64,000 bases of DNA from an uncultured Pseudomonadales bacterium (GTDB lineage Bacteria; Pseudomonadota; Gammaproteobacteria; Pseudomonadales; JAUIET01), in the NCBI GenBank assembly GCA_964352475.1, contig CAYGSL010000002.1:106071-170070 (forward strand), read 5' to 3'. How positions within the stretch are numbered: the first letter of the stretch is position 1; the number at the start of each line of letters is the position of its first letter. Both the position numbers and the translations under genes were made by a program. The notes under the pieces were generated by a model. The model was not told the DNA's origin. It ran no database searches and saw only the letters and a program-made list of their open reading frames with translations. Below are positions 58,089-64,000 of the stretch, one piece after another.

Positions 58089-58625
58089 CTACCACATTAA
58101 ATCATCCGGTATTTGATAATCCGCATAGGGATCGTCTTCATCAATATCGGTTTTACCCGCTACGTTTTGCACCAGCACAACGCTGTCGTCACGCTGTTTG
58201 ATCTTATCCGCCACTTTGGCAGGTACAAGCTCGTACTTGTCATTGTTTCGCACTATCGCAATAACGCCATTGATAAGTTGCGTCTGCAGTAACTGGCTTA
58301 CATACAATTTCTTGATTTTCTTACCGTGCGAAAACTGATACGCAATGTCGCCGTCTTTGCGCTCAATTCGGTTGCTGTCTATCAATTGCTTGATCTGTGC
58401 GGCAATGGCCTTTTGCTCGGCGGCAAGCTGGCGTTGACGATTTATTTCCTTGTCTTTGGCGGCGCGCTCGGCCTGGGTTTGTCTGGCCTGCTCTCTGGCT
58501 TCATTGGCCTGCACCTGGCCTTTGGGTATTTGCTTGGCTTGCTTGCGTTTTTGCTTCTCTATCTGCTTGGCTTTCTTTTCATCCACCAGTCCGGCGTTCA
58601 GAAGTTGGTCTTTTAATGAAGGCAT
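58089..58625 (-). CDS. DUF2058 (YaiL-like) protein
   Basis: The start is ATG 58625 (MPSLKDQLLNAGLV..) and the C-terminus is DDPYADYQIPDDLMW, closely like E. coli YaiL. Confidence 0.85.
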   Translation of the reverse strand: MPSLKDQLLNAGLVDEKKAKQIEKQKRKQAKQIPKGQVQANEAREQARQTQAERAAKDKEINRQRQLAAEQKAIAAQIKQLIDSNRIERKDGDIAYQFSHGKKIKKLYVSQLLQTQLINGVIAIVRNNDKYELVPAKVADKIKQRDDSVVLVQNVAGKTDIDEDDPYADYQIPDDLMW

Positions 58626-58711
58626 AGTTGTAAAATAGGTGTAAACGCTATGGGATAATCGTTGCGACATGCACCACACTATCACCTTTAAAAAATGACT
58701 CCAAGAGCCTT

Positions 58712-59311
58712 ATGCCGCTAAGCCACTGCAGCCACTGGATTTTCGACATGGATGGCACCTTAACCCTGCCGATGCATGATTTTGACGACATACGTGCGCA
58801 ACTGGGTATCAGTGCCGGAGTGCCTATTCTCGAAGCCATAGAGGCGATGCCCGCAGACCGCGCCGCAGAGTTAAGCAGGCAACTGCATGATATTGAAATG
58901 GAAATAGCAGGGCAGGCCAAGGCGCAACCCGGTGCCAGAGATCTGTTGCAAGCGATGCAGCAACAGGGTCTTCAGCTGGGCATACTCACTCGAAACGGAA
59001 AAGACATAGCGCATGCCACCTTGGCCGCAGCCGGACTGGAGTTCTTTGCTGAGCCTCATATTATCGGCCGCGAATGTTGCGCGCCAAAGCCGTCGCCGGA
59101 TGGTATATGCCATCTGCTCAAGCTATGGGGCGCAGAGCAACAGCAGGCGGCAATGGTGGGTGATTTTTTGTATGACATTGAAGCCGGACGCAAAGCCGGC
59201 GTGAACACAGTGCATTTTGATGAAACAGGCGCCTTTCGCTGGCCTGAGTTCGCAGATCACCGGGTTACCCGCCTGGCAGACATTGCTGAACTCATTGGTT
59301 TGTCTCTGTAG
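58712..59311 (+). CDS. HAD-family hydrolase
   Basis: 199 aa with motif I, WIFDMDGTLT, and a later GDFLYDIEAGRKAG. Confidence 0.85.
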   Translation: MPLSHCSHWIFDMDGTLTLPMHDFDDIRAQLGISAGVPILEAIEAMPADRAAELSRQLHDIEMEIAGQAKAQPGARDLLQAMQQQGLQLGILTRNGKDIAHATLAAAGLEFFAEPHIIGRECCAPKPSPDGICHLLKLWGAEQQQAAMVGDFLYDIEAGRKAGVNTVHFDETGAFRWPEFADHRVTRLADIAELIGLSL

Positions 59312-59435
59312 CGCTAACTTCAACACCTGCATTATGATGCGCGCTGAGCAAGCGCCCCGCGAGTTGGTGTGATCTATTCCGTAATGCCGGTCGTAGAGCA
59401 CAGTACATTCCAAAAAAACTACGGGCCAATGCATT

Positions 59436-59750
59436 ATGAAACACTTCATTTTAAGCAGCTGGAACGCATTAATGGACAATGAGCGAAATCCATTGCGTCA
59501 TCTGGATTTAGCCTCGCAACACGTATTCATGCAAATCCTTGGCTGGATGTGGAGCATGGTGTTTAGCCTTTCTTACCTGTCAATTTACCAATTCGGTCTT
59601 ACCTGGCTGCCGCACATGCTGATAATCGGCGGCGCGTTCTTCACGGTTGCCTTATTTAAAGAAGGCGAAAAGATGGCCTTGCAAGCGGCAGAGATAGCAC
59701 CGTTAAGCCATGGTGCCAACTGCGTTTGGAATCTGGAAAAAGAAGCGTAG
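59436..59750 (+). CDS. small membrane protein, hypothetical
   Basis: 104 aa with two hydrophobic helices. I recognise no family. Confidence 0.5.
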   Translation: MKHFILSSWNALMDNERNPLRHLDLASQHVFMQILGWMWSMVFSLSYLSIYQFGLTWLPHMLIIGGAFFTVALFKEGEKMALQAAEIAPLSHGANCVWNLEKEA

Positions 59751-59776
59751 TACTGTACCGCAGTAAGGATTTCAAC

Positions 59777-60322
59777 ATGATAGATCGCCTGCAACGTACG
59801 CTTGTCACAGGCTTGCTGATCGTCAGTCTCGCTGCTTGCGCAGGTGCTGAAGTAACAGATTACCAAGACTTTGAGCCCAAGTTTGTTCCGGAAACTTTTT
59901 TTAATGGCTCGCTGACTGCACACGGCGTTGTTAAAAATCGCGGCGGTAAGGTGATCAGAAGCTTCAATGCCAATATAGATGCGCAATGGAAAGAGGGGGT
60001 TGGCACTCTGGTTGAGGATTTCATTTTTGATGACGGCGAACAGCAACAGCGAATTTGGACGCTCACACCCGACGGTCAGGGCGCTTACAAGGGCAGCGCT
60101 GGTGATGTAATCGGTGAAACCCAGTTAAAGCTATCAGGTAATAGTCTGTTCATGGAGTACGTGCTGCGCATAGCGTATGGTGACGGAACCCTGGACTTGA
60201 CGGTTGACGATCGAATGCATCTTACGTCCCCTGATGTGTTGATCAATGAGTCGGTGATGAAAAAGTTTGGTATTCGGGTTGGCAGTATTCAGTTGGTGAT
60301 ACTCCGGCACAGCGATACTTAG
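59777..60322 (+). CDS. DUF3833-family lipoprotein
   Basis: ATG 59777 is preceded by aagga. It has the lipobox SLAAC, and FFNGSLTAHGVVKNRGGKVIRSFNANIDAQW..GEQQQRIWTL fits DUF3833 as I recall it. Confidence 0.75.
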   Translation: MIDRLQRTLVTGLLIVSLAACAGAEVTDYQDFEPKFVPETFFNGSLTAHGVVKNRGGKVIRSFNANIDAQWKEGVGTLVEDFIFDDGEQQQRIWTLTPDGQGAYKGSAGDVIGETQLKLSGNSLFMEYVLRIAYGDGTLDLTVDDRMHLTSPDVLINESVMKKFGIRVGSIQLVILRHSDT

Positions 60323-60428
60323 TACTGTAGCAAAAAAATAAAACCATCGAATGACGACTTAATTCGTACAAGACAGCGCCCTGTGGGTATAGTGCTCTGG
60401 AGGTATTTTCCTCGACCATTAGAACCAC

Positions 60429-60896
60429 ATGGAAACAAATGCAATGAATATTAAATCAGTACTTACAACAGTCATAGCTCTGATGTTCTCCGGGATTGCA
60501 ATTGCCGATCTAGAACCATTCAAAGACTATGATATTAGCGAGTCTGTTTGGTCAATCTCTACTATAAGAGTTGACGCCAACATGGACGATGCCTATCTCG
60601 AAGGTTTAAAGCAGACTTGGGTAGCCAGCAACGAAGTATCGAAAAAGCTGGGCCACATCGAAAGCTATTCTATGTTTCGAAGTGACATGCCTCAAAGCGG
60701 TGACTTTAACTTGCTGCTTATCATAAAGTTTGCCAACACCAGCGACCTTGCACCAAACAAAAAACGCTATGAAGAATTCCTGAAGGAATGGGGCGAGACT
60801 AAAAGCAAGGAATCGACTGATTTTGCGCAAAAGAACTATCCTGCGATGAGAGAAATCACAGGCCAGTATCAAATGCGTGAAATTACGCTTAAGTAA
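60429..60896 (+). CDS. secreted hypothetical protein
   Basis: 155 aa with a signal peptide (..ALMFSGIAIA). The coding sequence is AT-richer than its surroundings, and a strong terminator follows. Confidence 0.65.
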   Translation: METNAMNIKSVLTTVIALMFSGIAIADLEPFKDYDISESVWSISTIRVDANMDDAYLEGLKQTWVASNEVSKKLGHIESYSMFRSDMPQSGDFNLLLIIKFANTSDLAPNKKRYEEFLKEWGETKSKESTDFAQKNYPAMREITGQYQMREITLK

Positions 60897-60910
60897 AAAG
60901 CTCTAAATAG

Positions 60911-60941
60911 AAAAAGCCACCCTTATGGGTGGCTTTTTTTT
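60911..60941. terminator. bidirectional rho-independent terminator
   Basis: The sequence is aaaaagccaccc-ttat-gggtggcttttttttt. It lies between the convergent genes 60429..60896 (+) and 60977..61642 (-). Confidence 0.85.
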
Positions 60942-60976
60942 AATCTCAAACGTGAACGAACCACAGCTCGCAGAGA

Positions 60977-61642
60977 TCACTTACTTGATTCAGAGCGTTC
61001 TACCTCTTCATCACGGGTGGCGCGTTCGCCTTCTTCAAGCCTAAGCAAAGTATCAATATACCCAACAAAGCGATTCAAATAATGCGGCGACAATTCCCGC
61101 ATAGACTCCAGTGAACGAATCAATAATTTCTGTGGATTCAACGGACCAAGCGCATCCGGGTCGTTGTTAACAATTGCATCTACCAGGGCATCGGTTTCAA
61201 ACTGCTTCTTGCTTTCCCTAAAAAGGGTATAAGCCTGCAGTTCATTCGGTTGCTTGTTTAGCGTTTCAAAGCCTGCTTCAACTAGCGTGCAGTCTTCCTT
61301 TTCCAGCAGCATTTCTGTGATCGCGTCGCTTGAGTTGCTATCACTTTGTCTTCGGTGTCGATTGTTCAGCGATTGATGCAGGTCTTTCAGATAGTTTCGC
61401 GTTTTCGACCTTCTTGCCAAACGGCAAATATTGTCTTCGTTTGCATCCAGATCACTTTTATAGGCGTCCAGCAGCGACGCTGCTTTGTCGTACAACTTTT
61501 CACGAACGCCTTCTCTCGCTTTGCCCGCTTTGGTCGCAAGCTGGGATATATGGTTGTAGCGCACGGCGTCAAAATGGTGATCGCCATTGGCCATCAACGC
61601 TGTCAGGTGATCTTCAATGTTCTGTTGAACACTGCTCATCAC
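60977..61642 (-). CDS. soluble protein, recalled as DUF2894 family
   Basis: 221 aa. The C-terminal GPLNPQKLLIRSLESMRELSPHYLNRFVGYIDTLLRLEE fits my memory of DUF2894. The start overlaps the upstream stop by 4 nt (ATGA). Confidence 0.65.
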   Translation of the reverse strand: MMSSVQQNIEDHLTALMANGDHHFDAVRYNHISQLATKAGKAREGVREKLYDKAASLLDAYKSDLDANEDNICRLARRSKTRNYLKDLHQSLNNRHRRQSDSNSSDAITEMLLEKEDCTLVEAGFETLNKQPNELQAYTLFRESKKQFETDALVDAIVNNDPDALGPLNPQKLLIRSLESMRELSPHYLNRFVGYIDTLLRLEEGERATRDEEVERSESSK

Positions 61643-62283
61643 TCACTTTCCTTATTGCTTTTTGGTACCGGTGCAATTTCAACGCGTCTATTCTGCGCGC
61701 GGTTTTCCCGGTTGGTATTGGCAACCATCGGCTGCTCTTTGCCAAACGCAGCCGCAAATACCTGGTCGGCAGGCATACCTTCATTGATAAGTGCGCGAGT
61801 AACAGTAAGCGCACGTTCGGCAGACAGCTGCCAGTTGTCGTCAAAGTGTAAATTGTCGCTGTGAATGGCGCGGTCGTCAGTGAAGCCGCTCACCATTAGC
61901 ATCTCATCGCGTTGACTGAGGTATTGCTTTAAGGGCTCAACCAGTTTTTGCAATAACTCTTGTCCATCGTTTTGCAGAGCCGCGGAATTGGTGGCGAACA
62001 ATACGCTGCCGCTGATGCCGATTTTTCCATTGCTTAGTGTGATGCGCCCGCTAGCAAGTGGGTCAGCAAGCGCTATTTCCAACGCTTCCTCAGCACGGTA
62101 ACGTTGCTGTTGCTCCACCTGGCGTTGTTGTACTTCTTGCTCCAGAGACTGCGACAACTCCACCTGATGACCCAGTGTCCATACCAACAGTAATACGAAT
62201 ACGCCTACCACGCCCGCCATTAAGTCGCCAAAGATAGGCCATACCGGCGTGTCGTGAGTCTGACTGTCGTCAAGCTGGTCCAT
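61639..62283 (-). CDS. MotB-like / OmpA-family peptidoglycan-binding protein
   Basis: 214 aa. It has an N-terminal TM with an aspartate (WPIFGDLMAGVVGVFVLLL) and an OmpA-like C-terminus (VLFATNSAAL..GFTD..NWQLSAERA..NRRVEI). The start shares one nucleotide with the upstream stop (TAATG). Confidence 0.88.
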   Translation of the reverse strand: MDQLDDSQTHDTPVWPIFGDLMAGVVGVFVLLLVWTLGHQVELSQSLEQEVQQRQVEQQQRYRAEEALEIALADPLASGRITLSNGKIGISGSVLFATNSAALQNDGQELLQKLVEPLKQYLSQRDEMLMVSGFTDDRAIHSDNLHFDDNWQLSAERALTVTRALINEGMPADQVFAAAFGKEQPMVANTNRENRAQNRRVEIAPVPKSNKESE

Positions 62284-64000
62284 TAGTTTAGCGCCGCAGA
62301 TGAAGCTTCGCTTTGCTCCGGTTCACCGCTGTTGATCTGGCGCATTTCATCAAACAGTTCTCTTTGCGAGAGCAAGCTCTGGTCAATAATTTCTCTGGCT
62401 TGCGCAACGTAGTACGACATTTGTTGGTCGCTGCGATTGCCCGCCGCGTCCATGGATTGTTCTATGCGGTTTAACTGTTGCACCAGCTGCTCGTTCGATT
62501 GGCTGTATTGCGCAACCGCGGTCGCAAATGCCTCGCCCAGGCTTTCCATATTGAGGGCGCTGGCTTCGAAGTGCTCAGTCACACTGCCAAGCTTCGCAAG
62601 CTCGGTGCCAATGTGATGGTTAAAGTCCGCCCCAGCCTGTGCCAATAGCGCAGAAGAATCCTGAATAAGCTGGTTCATAGTCTCGTGTTGCTGCTGTGAG
62701 CTGGCAGCGTTGGCCTGGCTGATACTGTCCAGCTGCTCGATGAGCTGCTGGCGCTCTTGCAGTAAGGTTTTGTCACGCTCTACGTTGCTGGTTATTTCCT
62801 GGCGCAATTGGCCAATCACTTCTGCGGCGGCTTTTGGTGTCTCGCTGGCAGTAGTTATCAATTGCGCCAATGGTTCTTCAAGTGTTTTGCCAAGCTGAGC
62901 GACTTGCTCGGCTACAGAGCTGGTCAGTTGCTCCATACGGGTTTGGTTATGCTCCATCCAGTCTGAGGTGCTGGCCTGTTGCGCGTGCAGGTTTTCTTGC
63001 CAGGCGGCGTTCAGCTGTGTGGTCGTTCCTTGCAGTTGGCTGCTAATAGCGACAAGCTGCTGCTCGGTGGCGGCGCCAATTCGCTGTTGGGTGTTTTCGC
63101 TCGCGCTGGCCAAAGCGTTCAACTGCTCAGCTACCATGGCGCTGATGTTGGCGTTGGTTTTATTGCTGCTTTCAATCAGGCTTTCGTTCAGCGAACGATG
63201 CACAGACGCAGCCAATTCGGTAAACGAGCTTTGCACTGTGTCCTGAAAACCCTGCTGGTTTGCAATCAAGGTGTCGTTCAACGCCGTGCCGTTCTGCACA
63301 ATGCCTTCCATCATGGCCTGCATTTGCTCGGCCAATGCTGGCATTAACTCGGCCTGGGCCTGAAGAATCTGATACGTTTGCTGGCGATTATGGGTAAGCG
63401 AAAATTCGCGAAGCTGCGTGGCTATCTGCGTATCCAGCGAACGTGTTGCCAGCATGCGCTCGCGGCGACTAAGCGTGGACATCAAGCCAAGCATTGCCGA
63501 AGCGGCAACGCCTGCCACTGACGTACCAAAGGCCAAGCTGAGACCGTTAATCGGTGCGGTCAAACCCTGGCGAATGGCTTGCAGTTCGGTACTGCCCTGC
63601 AAAGCAGTAACCGCACCACCCAGGGTATCGACCATGCCAATAAACGTACCGAGTAATCCCAGCATTACCAACAAGCCTACAAGGTAAGGTGTTAGAACTG
63701 GCGCTGGCAAGCCAACGCGTTCACTTTCAATACGCAAACGAACCGGGTTTTGCAAAGAGTGATGTATTTTAGCCAACCAATCATCCAGTTGATTGATAGG
63801 CTGCGGAATATCACGAAGCGCGTTTTCCAGCGAGTCTGTGGCTTTACGAAACTGAAACAACTCCATTCCGCCAATGCCAAAGGCAATTGCAATTAACAGC
63901 GTTACCAGCAAAGCGAGCGTATTTGTGCCTATGAACAGGCCAGCAACCCATATTATGGCAATGGCGCCAATAGCAGCAGGAATAGCAAACAGCAGATTTT
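62283..64000 (-). CDS. MotA/ExbB/TolQ-like membrane protein with long helical tail (recalled as DUF802 family); N-terminus outside window
   Basis: The ORF track starts at TTG 63911, but the frame stays open to the window edge (..NLLFAIPAAIGAIAIIWVAGLFIGTNTLALLVTLL..). It has LGLLGTFIGMVDTLG and GLSLAFGTSVAGVAASAMLG, like MotA_ExbB channel helices. About 400 aa of Q/A/E/L/S-rich helical sequence follows. Confidence 0.85.
   Translation of the reverse strand, partial: NLLFAIPAAIGAIAIIWVAGLFIGTNTLALLVTLLIAIAFGIGGMELFQFRKATDSLENALRDIPQPINQLDDWLAKIHHSLQNPVRLRIESERVGLPAPVLTPYLVGLLVMLGLLGTFIGMVDTLGGAVTALQGSTELQAIRQGLTAPINGLSLAFGTSVAGVAASAMLGLMSTLSRRERMLATRSLDTQIATQLREFSLTHNRQQTYQILQAQAELMPALAEQMQAMMEGIVQNGTALNDTLIANQQGFQDTVQSSFTELAASVHRSLNESLIESSNKTNANISAMVAEQLNALASASENTQQRIGAATEQQLVAISSQLQGTTTQLNAAWQENLHAQQASTSDWMEHNQTRMEQLTSSVAEQVAQLGKTLEEPLAQLITTASETPKAAAEVIGQLRQEITSNVERDKTLLQERQQLIEQLDSISQANAASSQQQHETMNQLIQDSSALLAQAGADFNHHIGTELAKLGSVTEHFEASALNMESLGEAFATAVAQYSQSNEQLVQQLNRIEQSMDAAGNRSDQQMSYYVAQAREIIDQSLLSQRELFDEMRQINSGEPEQSEASSAALN

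Noticed and set aside
61330-61864. Two plus-strand ORFs of about 172 aa.
   Set aside because: They are antisense to the coupled DUF2894-like and OmpA-like genes. The minus-strand genes have family motifs and translational coupling.
1-64000. A search by eye for tRNA T-loop-like GGTTCGAATCC motifs, rRNA, transposase or integrase genes, and prophage modules.
   Set aside because: None were found. The only T-loop-like string (gcgttcgaattg, near 23045) lies inside the SDR coding sequence and has no cloverleaf context.

Overview
This is a 64-kb, gene-dense chromosomal segment with about 70 protein-coding genes on both strands. The gene content is gshA, uvrD, argS, leuA-lrp, recQ, an hldE-hldD-GT9-kdkA LPS-core cluster, yebC, a TRAP transporter, a TonB-dependent receptor, GGDEF/EAL proteins, and PEP-CTERM and GlyGly-CTERM sorting signals. 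That mix looks like an environmental or marine Gammaproteobacterium, but the taxon is inference only. I found no rRNA, tRNA, CRISPR array, transposase or integrase, and most of the window is ordinary housekeeping. Seven things deserve a second look. (1) At the right edge there is a translationally coupled, stator-like operon that runs off the window. It encodes a MotA/ExbB-like membrane protein with a very long helical tail, a MotB/OmpA-like protein with the TM aspartate, and a small soluble protein. I recall this as the uncharacterised DUF802/OmpA/DUF2894 cluster, and its architecture parallels ZorA/ZorB. (2) An identical 7-4-7 palindrome (ATGGGGT-N4-ACCCCAT) sits 60-63 nt upstream of two secreted-protein genes, next to a 7TM histidine kinase and a LuxR-type response regulator. 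(3) A tightly coupled operon encodes a lipoprotein beta-helix protein, a diheme c-type cytochrome lipoprotein and an ABCB-type exporter. (4) A 73-aa PEP-CTERM protein has almost no passenger domain. (5) Two GlyGly-CTERM proteins are present, one carrying a long PEPEPA/T tandem repeat. (6) A 21-bp perfect inverted repeat (REP-like) lies between convergent genes. (7) There are several orphan secreted or membrane proteins. All family assignments come from reading motifs by eye; no database search was possible.
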